DNA of 52,402 nucleotides, the filler included, from Catajapyx aquilonaris (taxonomy: Eukaryota): NCBI GenBank assembly GCA_000934665.2. It is 2 parts of 2 records of this genome, joined end to end, with 100 filler letters (N's around TTAATTAATTAA, not from the genome) between each part and the next. Parts side by side here need not be neighbours in the genome. Positions count along the whole stretch, not along the records: positions 1 to 26,148 come from JYFJ02005249.1; positions 26,249 to 52,402 come from JYFJ02005250.1. The stretch is one strand, 5' to 3'. Numbering within the stretch: the stretch's first letter is position 1; each line of letters opens with the position of its first letter. Positions 22,611 through 35,600 of this stretch are shown piece after piece. The notes under the pieces were generated by a model, which made no database searches, was not told the DNA's origin, and saw only the letters and a list, made by a program, of their open reading frames with translations. The position numbers and the translations under genes are program-made.

Positions 22611-23446
22611 CAGTAAAACTTCTATGAGCAAATCTCCATAGGACTGGAAAAAAACTTCGAGTTATAGAAGATTTGAGTTAAAGAAGTTTGGAATTTTTTA
22701 AGCACAGAACACTATAAGGACGCCTGCCCATGGGCCCGGGCGATTGATAAATAGGTTCCAAAAATGTACACATGACGAAATAAAGGTCCTTGTGATATAC
22801 CCTCATTTGGGGGTGAAAGCACCACCCAGGATTATTATTATTATTATTATTATTATTGTTGTTGTTGTTGTTGTTATTGTTGTTATTATTGTCGCTGTTG
22901 TTATTATTGTTGTTATTGTTTTTATTTTTATTTTTATTTTTATTTTTATTGTTATAAGGACGCCTACCTTTATATTCAGCCACAAAAGGTGTTCAAAACT
23001 TAACAATAACTATCACTATCACACTTACAATGTTCCTCGTCGTTTTGTTGCAAAAAAATCTCCGTTATGGACATTTGCCTACTCTTAGAAGTTAGATTCA
23101 AGGATTCAATTGTCACAATCCAGTCAAACACTTCTTTCAGTATGCCTGATAGACGGAGATCACGAAATTGAGCCTTTCTGTAGGCCTACATGTGACCTGC
23201 TCTCGACCCTTCGGCTGGGAAATGAGAAAATTTTCCATACTCCCCAACATGAACATCGACTTAGGGAGACTGAAAATGCATTGATATCCCACAGTAAGGC
23301 CCTGCCAGTACTTCGAGTTATGGAGAACTTCGAGTTAGGGAAGTTTATTTCCTATTATTTTACATTGTGACCAACCAAGCTCGTCATTTTCTTTGGCGTA
23401 TAGGAAAGTTCGACTTAGGGAAGTTCAACCTATAGAAGCTTTACTG
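22611..23446. mobile_element. pogo/Tigger-like non-autonomous element
   Basis: CAGTAAAACTTCTAT...ATAGAAGCTTTACTG, TA TSD, repeated TTCGAGTTA/TCGACTTA subterminal motifs. Confidence 0.7.
22726..22952 (+). mobile_element. 5'-truncated retroposon (SINE/LINE 3' end) with microsatellite tail
   Basis: 13-bp TSD TATAAGGACGCCT (22713-22725, 22953-22965). Body homologous to the 3' end of the SINE at 42677-43012. (ATT)n/(GTT)n tail. Confidence 0.8.
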
Positions 23447-23512
23447 TATATCATTCACTAATCTTGCATTATAATTTTGTCTTGTTTTACACCAATTCAC
23501 TTTATGCCACTA

Positions 23513-23545
23513 CTAGCAGCGGTACCCGTTCTTCGCACGGGGAAA
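23513..23545 (-). mobile_element. Helitron 3' terminus
   Basis: The minus strand reads CCCGT-GCGAAGA-ACGGG hairpin, a short spacer, then CTAG|T, the canonical Helitron 3' end. The 5' end was not located. Confidence 0.6.
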
Positions 23546-24649
23546 AAAAGAGCGTGGATAATTACACCGAAATCTCAGATCTCAGGCAATATTAAATGCA
23601 AAACTGCTCATTCCATTGCATATGCAGGCACTGGAAGGGTGTAAAAATTCTGGTTTGTTTGCGTAATAAAGAGCCACGCAACTATGGCTCTGTGGTTATC
23701 AGAATACAAAAAGGTGGGACAGATGGAGAGAGAAACGAAGAGGAAAAAGAAGAGAGGAAAGACTGGTATCTCTCTTAGTCTGTCTCCTAGCCCAAAGACC
23801 TGTCCGACTTCTGCGGCCCTATACCAGGAGACGAAACTACCGCCGGCATAGCTCTTCAGGATCATGAGAAAACGCAAGCCCACCACCACGGCAAGGTGGA
23901 GATACATTGGGCGGAGGGGGCATAAAAAAATTTGGATAAAAAAATTGGGGGAAGTGCAAAATTTGAAACCATTTACAGGCCTGTTTCTATGGTAATCACC
24001 AACAAAATTCTGGTGCCTTACTTTACAAAATGGTAAGGCCAAAGAGCTTAATACTAGGAAGAGTGGAAAAAACGGTTTCCAAGCGTCGCCACTTTTTGGC
24101 CAGTTGTTTAGTCAACGGGTTTGGCTGTCGGCCACTACGCGGCGCCACCAGGCGCCACCGTCGAGATGAATTTCAATACACTGTGTTGATTTAATATCAA
24201 GAGGCACATAATTAAGAGTTATAAATCTAAAAACTGACCAATATGAGGTCGTATGGGGTTAAGGAACTAATATTGGACCCGAAACTGATATTCTGCGCAG
24301 CTGGCCACCCTGCACCTAACAATACAAATAATCAGGGTAACCTACATGAGTGCCGTCCTCACCCTAGACAGGGTATTGTCTCTCCGCCATATTGGAACTT
24401 GATTTCCGGCGGGATTTCAAATTGCAATGCTGCAGTATAGGAAATTGGCAATAGTTTAAATTTTTTTTCCACGGACATTTTTGGATATTCAGTGGAAGTG
24501 AAGTATGGAAACTTGAGATAACCTACTTACACATGCATTCGAAGGCCCCCCCTCTTCACTGCATTCCTGTCCTCCTCCCCAGGGGCCCTATTGACAATGA
24601 GTAAAAGTAAAAGCGAATCCATGCGATATGAGGATTGTCTGTTGTTGTA

Positions 24650-24873
24650 TTATTATAATTATCATTATTGTTATCATTATAATTTTTATTATAATTATCA
24701 TTATTATTGCCATTATAATTATCATTATTATTATCATTATTATTATCATTATTATTATCATTATAATTATCATTATAATTATCATTATTATTATCACTAT
24801 AATTTTTATTATAATTATCATTATTATTATTATTATCATTATCATAATAATAATAATAATAATAATAATGATG

Positions 24874-24932
<59 letters not shown>

Positions 24933-25333
24933 TATACTTACTTGAAGAACCCTAGATCCCGGGGCATTTTCCTTTCAGGAAGAAACAATAAGGGTTACAC
25001 TCAAAGACACTGACACACGATCTGAGAATGTCGGCGGAAATGGCGCCACAGTGTCCCTGATGGCATGTACGCCATTTGAACAATGGTTGTGTAGTAATAA
25101 GGATAATTATAATGATAATAATGATAATTATAATGATAATTATAATGATAATGATAATGATAATTATAATGATAATTATAGTGATAATTATAATGATCAT
25201 TATCATTATTACTACACAACCATTGTTCAAATTTATTATATTTTATTTTATATTATATTTATTATAATAATTATAATTATAATGATAATAATGATAATAA
25301 TAATGATAATAATGATAATTATAATAAAAATTA
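24650..25333. repeat. AT-rich compound microsatellites (ATT/ATC/AAT)n
   Basis: Directly visible trinucleotide arrays at 24650-24935 and 25095-25333. They are the source of the poly-I/Y/N ORFs. Confidence 0.95.
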
Positions 25334-26148
25334 TCTATAATATTAAAATCCTTGCGGACGGGGGCCGAGCCCTCTGATTGGTCCGCCCCCGTATTGTTGC
25401 CGCCACCTCTTCCCATTGGCCCCCGTCCATTGTTGCTGCGACGTATCCATGGTGCATTGTTACCATGACGCCTCCGATTGGCCCCCGTTCCGAGCATGCG
25501 CAGTGGGGGTGGAACACGTCCAGTTGCATGTTGACCTCCGCGGGTGAAGGTCCCTTTTTTCCCGGTCTCTCCCGCCTCGGTCATCGTCACCCGCCGGACC
25601 TTTTACCCTTCTCCTCCCACCCTACCTGTGCCCCCCTCGCCAGCACCGGCTCATGTCAAGTATACGGGACATTCGCCGAATCAATTTGTTCGTAACCTAG
25701 CGACTTACGATTCGACCTGACCCATGACAATGACCCCATCTGTATTCTGACCAAGCTTGAGGAATTATTAATTCCGGGGGCCCTGGTCACTTCCCCGTCT
25801 TCAAACCCAGAAGCAAAACAACGAATCAAAGGGTCGGCAAACCGCAGGTACTGTTTCCTAATTGATTCGGCGAATGTTTCGTATACTTGACTTCAGCCGC
25901 GCGCTGGCTTATTGAAAAATGGCCGTATGCACTGGTGGAGAAATGTTCCAAATTCGAAACGTTAGCATTATTGGTCGGACTGCTCTGTTACTGCGCGCGT
26001 AGGCCTACCACATGCGGTGCTGTTCCTAGGCACTTCTTTCGGTGAAGTGTTGGAAACTGACTATACCGTCGAATACGTAGAATCGATCGTAAGAAGGCGG
26101 GTTGCAAACCTCCCACGCTCGAATTATTAGCCTGGAATGTATATATTG
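25334..26148 (+). mobile_element. Possible Helitron 5' end and GC-rich body, cut by the gap; contains an inverted-repeat pair at 25655-25891
   Basis: A|TCTATAATATTAAAAT resembles Helitron 5' termini. Internal IR GTCAAGTATACG..CATTCGCCGAATCAATT / AATTGATTCGGCGAATG..CGTATACTTGAC. Confidence 0.4.
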
Positions 26149-26248
26149 NNNNNNNNNNNNNNNNNNNNNNNNNNNNNNNNNNNNNNNNNNNNTTAATTAA
26201 TTAANNNNNNNNNNNNNNNNNNNNNNNNNNNNNNNNNNNNNNNNNNNN
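26149..26248. other. Artificial assembly spacer (44 N + TTAATTAATTAA + 44 N)
   Basis: Symmetric 100-bp spacer containing a palindromic 12-mer that gives stop codons in all six frames. Confidence 0.9.
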
Positions 26249-26600
26249 GAAGATCCATGTCAGAAAAATGAAACCAAACTTTCAAACCGCGGGGGTGGGG
26301 GTGGGGGGCGGCAGGAAAGGTTTCCGCCCCCCCTCCGAAATTTCGCAGATCCGGCACTGCCTGTATGCAGTATAGGGAAAATCATGCAAAAGGGGCATCC
26401 GTACAATGGGCGTTCTTTTTAATCTCCCGGTCATTAGAGAGTCTTCTGCGAGTATAGTATATAATATACTGAGTGTATGAAGAGATTGATTGTTCTGATT
26501 CCCTTATTCCCTGCATTTCTCTTCCCCAGAGAGCAGCGGTGATTGCATCCTTGGGATACTCGTGTAGATCGCTCAGTGTTTTTGGGCGATCGGAGGAGGA

Positions 26601-29600
26601 ATGTGCGCGGATGGCCTGCTAGGACAGCACCAGAAGCAGTACTCCAACAAGAGGAAGGGTCAGGAGGAGAACAAGTCGAGCAAGGAGCTGGACAGCTACA
26701 TCAACCAGGTGATGGCGGACGAGATGATGATGGACGAAGAGGAGGAGGAAGAAGAGGACAAGGAGCAGGAGGAGGGCAAGGGCCGTCATCAGGGGACCAA
26801 CAACAACAACAACAGCAAGCACCAGGCCAATGGGACTGCCGGGGGTGGTGGTGGTGGTGTGGGGTCTGGTGGGGGCGGGAGGGCGGGCGGCCTCGGGGCC
26901 AGCACGTACCTGCCCGGGGCTGTGGCCGAGCCGGGTCCCGCCCAGGAGCTGCTCCGGGCCTGCGAGGCCAACAAGGCCTCCAGGGTCAAGGCCATCCTGG
27001 CCAGCGGACTCGACCCAAACTCTGTCTGCGACGACAAGGGTCGCTGGCCCATACACATCGCAGCCGCACACGGATTCACCGACATTGTAAGTCCGTTCAT
27101 TCAATCCTACTCGCTTGTAAACGTCGTGCACGCCGTGTTTCCTGGTTGAAATAATCGCCCTCCGCACACTCGTTATATACACTGTCATATTGGGTACAGA
27201 GCATCACGGGTGCTCTGCCCAAGTCCGCATTCCATCCGTGTGGCAAGATGATGTCTGTTGACCGGCTTTGAAACAGAAAGCAGCGAGAGTCGCAACGAGT
27301 GGCTGTTTATTGGGGCAAACCATACACTCGTTTAAAACTTATTGCTGGGGTGGACAACTATCAGCCTTGAATACATCCCCCAGCCTCCCTCCGTGGGAAA
27401 TTGATTGATTTTTTTTTTTTTTTGAAAAAGTTTCGAGAGCTGGTTCTCTCTGTGCTCGCTTGGACTTAAACGTTGTTCCGTGGTTGCCTCCCGAGGAGAG
27501 CGTCATGAACAGTGAGTGGTCTGTGCGAGCAAGCAGAGAGTATGATACGTATAATATACCACTCTCCCAGTCTGACTGCAAAACGTGCGAAGGAAGGAGT
27601 ACTTATATAGCACCATATATATAGTGACCAAAATTGTAGCCCCGCGTCTTTGATGATGGGTGATTACGGTGTGGATTGTGGTGATGTTGTGTGTTGTGTG
27701 TTTCAGGCGAGCCTCCTCCTGTCTGCGGGCGCCCAGAAGGACCAAGCGGACGTGCTGATGGAGAGGACCCCCCTTCACCTGGCCGCCATGGCTGCGGCAG
27801 ACACCGTCGAACTGCTCCTCAGGCACGGGGCCGACGTCAACGCCAGGAACAAGTACGGCTCCAACGCACTACACTACGCCGCCGGAGCAGGTACACACCC
27901 TATATACGCACACCACAATAATATATTATTGTGTCAACTGTCAACCCACCCATCGCACTCCTCAGCATGCATATCACACTGCTAGGTGCTCCGTAATAAT
28001 ACAGACGCACTTCTATAGGGTGAAATACTTCGGTTATTTTATGTTGAGGTGTCATACATTGGGTCAGCAACACCAGCATTATGGAAATAATTTGGTACTT
28101 AGCACGAGGTGTAACATTATTTTTTGGAAAGGGTTTGCTGAGTCCAACTAATATATGCAAGGGGAGCGACTGAAACTCGACTTGGTCTGTCGCGTGTCTG
28201 TGACTATAGCATACAGGTATAGTGTAAATTAATTTAAACTTTTCACAGGGAGTTTAACGGTCTCCCGTGGTCACCAGAAAACAAAAACAAAAAACCCCAT
28301 CTGAAACATTGCTGACGAGGACAAATGAGCACTTGTCACGCACAGGAGCACTGACACAGCTGACTTGCGAGCAAAATAATTCAGTCCACGACTGATGGGG
28401 TTGTCCTGGTGGCCCGAAGCTTACCCTTTCCAGCGGCGAAATGGGCACCACAGTTGCTGGACCATTATGATCCTCCAGCACATCTGTAGGTGCTTACTTG
28501 CGCGCCGTTCCCAAGGGGTTAACCACTCGACTGTAAAGTGTACCCTGTTAGTACCAAATTCAAGGAGTACCAAGGAGTACCAAGCAGTAAGGTACCTAAG
28601 GAGTACCTGGGAGTACCACTCGCTGGTGTATACCGGATGGAGTACCGAAGTGGTTAACCCCTTGACCGTTCCTATACGTAGTGTACATTGATACGGTGCA
28701 GCAGTCTGCTGGAGGGGCCCCAACTGCATCATCTTCTCTCCAGCATCCAAAAACCTCTATCTCCTTACTTCTACTGTTATGTGTACATTTGATTTATCTT
28801 CTCCTGCTCATCATCCCTCGTTGCTTAGTCACGATTACTATGGTGTTGTGGCGATAAGGACCCCTTAGGGAGGGCCATAAAGACTCTTCTCCATGAACAA
28901 ACAAACAGTATGGTACAAGACGTCTTCTTCGCACCCAGAAAATAATAATATTAGACTATATCGAGCCACACCTGTAAAACTACCATGTTGTTACTCAGCC
29001 AGCGTAAGACTAAGGTATATAGTCTGGTGACCCGGGGTAGCTTGCCCCCTGGGGTAACTGGTTGTTTACTGCTATCCTTTTACATATGTTGCCATGGTGA
29101 TTGCCCCCGGGATAGCTTACCCCGGGTCATCAGACTAGGGGCCTTAATACCCCCACGACATTATCAGCCAAGGCGTATGCCAGATGCAACTGACAAATTA
29201 TGCAAATCATATCTGACAGATGTTCGACAGTGGATCGCGCTCAAAAACGTCGCATTTGTGCCATCTTGGCAGGCAGAAAAGACCGGACTATTTGCAGGAT
29301 GTTGGATCGGGTGCAGCAATCTTTCCAGGACATTGTGTCATGCGGCTATACAGGGCAAATTTCCAATAATTATCTCGGTAATGAGGCTGCGGAGATCAAA
29401 TTACCGCACCACCACCCCCACACATAAAATGACGACCCTCTTGTCCCCAAGATAATCAGTCCATATAGGTTTGTCGGCGATATTACGGAACCCCCTGCGT
29501 TGACCACTCCTACAAGGTGTGTACGTACAGGCGCCGTCCTAAGGAATGATCATTAAATGCTGTCCGTCAGCACCACGCTTCTTCTTCCCTCCCCCCCCCC

Positions 29601-32600
29601 CCATCCCAGACCCCCCAGCACTGTTTCTTTTCATTCTCGGTGTGCACGCCTGCCTAATGCCGCATAATATTTATAAGAATGTGGAGGCCTGCCCTGATGT
29701 GCATGTGTGGTGGGGGCTAAGGATGTGATCGATGGCCAATAAATATTTGATCGGGGGCAGCAGCGGCGGCGGCCTTGGCTCCAGACACCTATCAAAGGTC
29801 TCCTTTACCCCCCACCCCCTCTCCACCCCCACCCTCACTGCTGACCCCCACGTCCCTTGCTGACCCCTCACCCACCGAACCCCCGAAATCTACCGCCGCT
29901 GTTATGGCTGGAAAAATTCGGAAGACATCGATCCGCCGCCCGCCGGTTACGTGTAGGCCTATACTCCACAGGGCGGCCTATCAACCTTGGCTCTCCTTCC
30001 CTGCTGCCACTTTATACCCATCGATATACTGCATGCATTTCATCCTCCAGGCAATGCCATTCATTAGAAGATGGCTCCTATTGCTGTGATGCCATCATTG
30101 GCGTATTTCTTTGCTGCGAGTCATTGGGGATGAGGTACTGGCGAGAGTCAGATGCCCGCGAGGAAGGAAATGACGAGGATGACTGACCGAGAGCACGTCC
30201 AGCACACCTGGGCGGCGTCAAGTGGGACAAGCTGTGACGCAACACGAATCAGAGGAGAGGAAGTTGGTTCCTTCCACCGAACAGCTGGAGAGATTGAAGG
30301 GCTCAGCTGAATCTGAAGATGAGACTGCTGCGGGGGCTGTTGAATATTCCGTTGCGTGTGTCTACATAGGTGCTCCAGGAAACATCAAGCTTGTGTGTAT
30401 AGGCTACATACCAGGACTTGGGCCAATATTCCTCAGAAAACAGAAGGCCTCGTGTGGGAGGGAAATGGAGGGGGGTCGTATGAAAAGGAAAGGATAAAAA
30501 TCGGTCGGAGTTACATTGAATCGATGGGTGGGTGGTGGGGGAAGGATGGGGGAGAGGGAGTCGAGGGAGCACACGATGGCAAAAATAAAAGAAGGAAAAA
30601 AATGATTGCCCCCAGACGACGACATGGGTCGAATCCGATAGTTACAGTTCAGGTGACGGGCACAGCACTATACACGCATGCTCGTGCGTGTTTATACGTA
30701 TATACTATACACCACTGCGTATGTCGCATAATGTCTTTGCGACGCAGCAGGGAGTCAGGGAGGGGAGTTTGCAACTACGCGTATATATATAAATCCGTGG
30801 TTTGGTTAGCCTCAGCATAGCCTGGGATAGTTTTCAACCGTATAGTGGTGCGGGGGCACACACAATGCATCTTCCTTTCGATCCCCAGCGAGATGTGTCT
30901 CCCCAATGTTCATAAATCCAGCTGGAGGAGGCCGGAGGGGGGGGGGGTGGGACAGCATTAAAGAGTAATATGGCCTTCGTCTTTCCTCCTGCCTGGACGG
31001 CTGAATAATAGGTTATTCCTGGTTGGTTGGCTGGCTGGCTGGTTGGAGGAGGCCAGGTTTGGTGGCGGGGCAAGGCAAGCATGCATGCATGCATGCAGCT
31101 ATAGAGAATAACTATTCCTTTATAGGCTATCAGCCCCCCCCCCTTCCCCCCTGGTCCATCACTCCTTCAACACGAGAATAAAGCACTGACATCACTTCCC
31201 AATGGGAAACTTCACCGACAGTCGACAATAATTGGCAACGAACATCACTAACAATGAAAGGATTCCGGAAGTCAACACTATTCTCTGATATATGGCGTGA
31301 AGCGATATTAACTGAAGAGAGGCCTGCAGCAACATCAGCATCATCGCTGTGCTATACCATGCCCGCACTACTAATAATAACTCTCGGTCGAGCAAGAAGA
31401 GCTATACTGCTCGTGCCGCAAGATATACGAGAGCAAGTACCGGTACTTGCATTACAGTCGAGGTGACCCGATGGTTACGCCACCTGCTGCACGCACCCAT
31501 CATGAGAGGCGCTCTCGCCCCCTATATATGGCTCCCTCTCTCCTCTCATTCACCTGTGAGGACGTCCACCTGGACTTGATTGACACCAGCCCACGCCTTG
31601 GCATCCCGTCATCCAAGAAATAAAGCAGTAGTAGTTTTGACCTAATAATAATCCTTCCTCATCGACACATGAATCTGTACCCCCAATATTAGTGTATTAT
31701 GAGCAATGAGGGGAAGTGAGAATGCAGCAGACTACTATGGGACTAATATTGGGCAGCAGCATGACGTGCAGTAGTGGTTGGAAGGAGCCGGCACCAATTT
31801 AGTGGTCGGCCGCTGGAGTGGTTAAATCTATAAATATAAAGCTCGAGCAGTTGCAAGGAAAAGGTCGCGGTGTCCTCTCAAAGGGCACAATGCCTGTCGC
31901 ATTGACGTACTTGCATTGCTACTTGCACATCAGGGTGCATGCAGCATGTAACCTGCTGCCTGTCCGTCCGTCCACGGAGCAGGTTTGACGGACAGCTGCA
32001 GGCCAGCATGAGTCGGCGGGATATGTATGTTTCATTTTGCTGCCACTCTCTGTGCCGACACTATTATTGGATATTCGCTTGGCAAATACTACCAAAAAAA
32101 AACGTATTGAAATAGCTACCTGTAATTCTTCCCACCGAACTCTTTCAGAAACGTATGGAGTATCACTGCAGCATTTGTCCACTAATTTCTTACAATAATG
32201 ACAGCGGGTATTACGTCCTATTCATTCCTCGCACCTTCATTTATAGTGTAAGTTAGTGTAATAGTTGCATGTTTTGTTAATTGTGTACCTTGTGGTGTGT
32301 TTGTGCAGGTCAGGCTGGTTGCTGCCGTCTGCTGGCGAGTGCTGGATGCGAGCTGAATGCGCGTGACCGGAACAAGCTGACCCCACTGCACGTGGCCTCC
32401 AGAGTGGGAGATGTCTGGTGTATAGAGGTAACTTCTTGTAAGAAATGAAAGAGTGGGACAGGAAGCGAATAATCTCCCGGCTGATGGCCTCCAAAACGTG
32501 GCACCCGGCGGCGGTACCATCAGAGTGCTGGACATATTGCGTAGACTTATTAGAGATTCCCGAGAGGCCGTTCAACTACTGAAGGGTGCTGCTTCTGGCC

Positions 32601-35600
32601 CCCTGATGGGCTGGAGCCACTTCTTACCCCTTTCACTCACCCTGATTTCGTGCTTGCTATACTTGCTGCGGCCTTTTATCAAAATGCAAGTTCAGTGCAA
32701 TATTGTCCCGTACCAAGGCCTTGCCACGATTCCTCTCTCCTATATAATATACTCTTTAATTTATTGGGTGCAAGTAGCAACCCCCTGGGGTGTCTCTAGC
32801 AGCTATCATTATGAGATTATGTGACACGAGTCGTCGTCGTAATTTCTCAGGTCCTGCTGGAGTTTGGAGCGAACGTATCGTCGAGGGACAAGGCGGGCAA
32901 AACCCCGATGCACCACGCTGCCGAGGGTGCGGGCAATTCTTCGTCGACCAGCACCTCCCCTGCTGGGGCAGGGGGCGGCAACGGGGGAGGAGGTGGGAGC
33001 GGCCCGGGGGGACCCACGGCCACGGGCAGCAGCAGCTCTGCAGACGACGGGAAGGGCGCCCTGGCCCTCCGTCGCCTGACGGGCGGAGGGGCCAACCCGA
33101 ACTCCCTGGACGACGAGGGCAAGTCCGTCCTGTTCTACGCGGTGCAAGGGGGGTCGGCGGAGGCGGTGCGGGCCCTGTGCGAGATGGACGCCGAGCTGAG
33201 CGACGGGGCCACCCTCCTGCTCATGTCCAGGACCTTCCCCCACCTGATCCGCCCCTTCCTGGACGCGCAGGTCCGCTCCAACATCGACACCCTGGACCCG
33301 GACGCCAAGGGGTTCAGCATCACCTTCGACTACACCCCTCTCACCTACTTCCCAAAGGGAGTCCCCGAGCAGAGGGTCCTCAGCCTCCAGAACAGGAACG
33401 AGAACGAGGCTCCCTTGGCCGAGATGGGGGTCCTTCACGGGCTGACCAGGGTCAGGGACACCTCCATCCTGACTCACCCCTTGTGCGAGAGCCTCCTCAA
33501 GCTCAAGTGGAACAAGGTCAAGTGGTACCTGTACGCCGACATGCTCCTCTTCGCCCTCTTCCTGTCCCTTCTCACGGCGGTCATCTTCATCGAGTACGAG
33601 GCGGAGGACGACGTCCTGGAAGCGGGAGATGGCAAGGACAACCAGACCTTGTCCTCCTCTCCCTCAGCGGCATCCATCAACGGTGGCGGCAGCAGCAGCC
33701 CCACCAGCAGTGGTAACGGCGGCGGCGGAGCAGGCGGAAGCTCACCTGCCGAAGGAGGAGGAACCACCACCTTGATGGGTCAGTCACACCACCACAGTCC
33801 CATCCGTTATATTACGAGGTCGTAGGGTGCTGGCATGGCATGGCATGAGCAATCCGGTTTATACCGGAACCCTATTTTGGGACCATGGGCTTGGAAAGTG
33901 AGCATTACGTGTAAATTGATCCTGGAGAGAGCAAGGCCCCAGCCTTCTTTGCAATACAATCATTTAATTGATCCTGCCTGCAGGAGACTTGGCTCGCCTA
34001 TTAGACTTGTTTGAGCCAACGTTGTTTATCTGGCGTTCTGGCTCACCCTGTGAACCACAGTTGGGTAAGGAATAGGCGAGCCAAGTCTCATCCTGCAGGA
34101 CCAAATAATGATTGTAGGCTATTGCAAGTGAAGAGCACAGCGGAAAAACGGGGAATGTCACAGAAAAAATGTCCATGAAAAATCGAAGAAATAGCTTTAT
34201 TTCTTCACGTGTCTAAAGAATAATAGGGATATCTTCACGTCACTATATGCAACTGTCACCCTTGTACCCATGGAAAGCCTCCAGGTATAAGTGTCACCTA
34301 TGCTACTATTGTACTGTGCACTTGGCAGGAACCCCCAACGGAATGTGACATTCCCCGTTTTTCCCCTGTGCTCTTCAAGTAGATTGAAGAGACGAGAAAT
34401 GTCGAACATCCAACCGCAGACGACGTGGACGACGTTGGCAGAAATGCATAATGCGGGGCTATGTATCAGGGAGGGCTCATTTGTGCATGAGGCCATAAGG
34501 GACAGGATAAGGTGCAAGGCGGATGGCCGCGTGTGTCTAAGGGGCAACTAGAACTGCATTTCTGAACGGTTTGCTTTTTTCGACATTTCTCACTCCCATT
34601 TCTAGCTCATTTTGTGCCAATAATGATGATTATGCTAGCGGGAGAAAAACCCGCAGTTCTTACTTACTCTGTGCAAGGCAGTCTCACATTTGTAGATTAC
34701 TGCACCAAAATGATTGCATCCTTTTTTATCTGCGCGAATATTGCTTACCGAGTACTGTACACAATCATGCAATGATTCTGTTTTCATAGTTTTCAGGATC
34801 ATGGATGGTGTAGGGAATATCCTGCATGCAGAGTATGTTGCCCCACAAGCATCTAGATGATGATCGTGTGATCAGTGCTGCCACGCACATGATATTTTCT
34901 TGCGGAATGGCAATTAATGATAATGACAATTTTTTAATTTAATTGTCGCTGCACGCGGTGGCTCATGTTTTCTGTCTTGCAGTCAAAACTTGTTATCGGT
35001 ATATATCCAATGCTTTTCATGATTTTGGCGATGCTGATTATTATGGATAATAACAAGCCACATACAGGGTGATCCGTTATTATACAGAAAATGTTCTATC
35101 TGATATATGAGTTCCTGGGCCCCGTATGGGATCCATCATACACCTTAGAGCGTGGAGGAGCTCTAAGGTCTATGGGATCCATATCTTATTATAGAGGTGT
35201 TCGCATTTTGGTATTTGCAGCCTCCGGGCAGCTAATGAGCTTCAAACGCAAGGTATGAAGTATCCTGACAGGTATGCGTCACTCCAAGCGACTTTGTCTG
35301 TCTCATTCTAACCTCAAGTGCCACCATGCACTTTAAAAAAAAAACCTTCAATCTGATTAGGCTTGCAACAAGCAGTGTCCCAGGCGAGGAAAGTGTTGCA
35401 GGCTACATGTATGATGTATGGTAATCTCTGATTAGAGCTACACTCTGTAGTGACACCTCTGCCTAAAGTGATCCTCTGGTTCATTTTATGCCAACAAAAT
35501 AGAAAAGTTTCGACCAGACATATTCTGGAGATGGGGCCTAAAACCACCAGCACTCTCCAAGTAAAAGGAACTATTCTTTAAAAATAAATACAAGTGCTAG

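Noticed and set aside
22678..25377. Poly-Ile/Asn/Tyr ORFs
   Set aside because: Translations of trinucleotide microsatellites.
28515..28665. TTAA-flanked piggyBac-like mini element
   Set aside because: The inverted match is short and the boundaries are ambiguous. Not enough to call.
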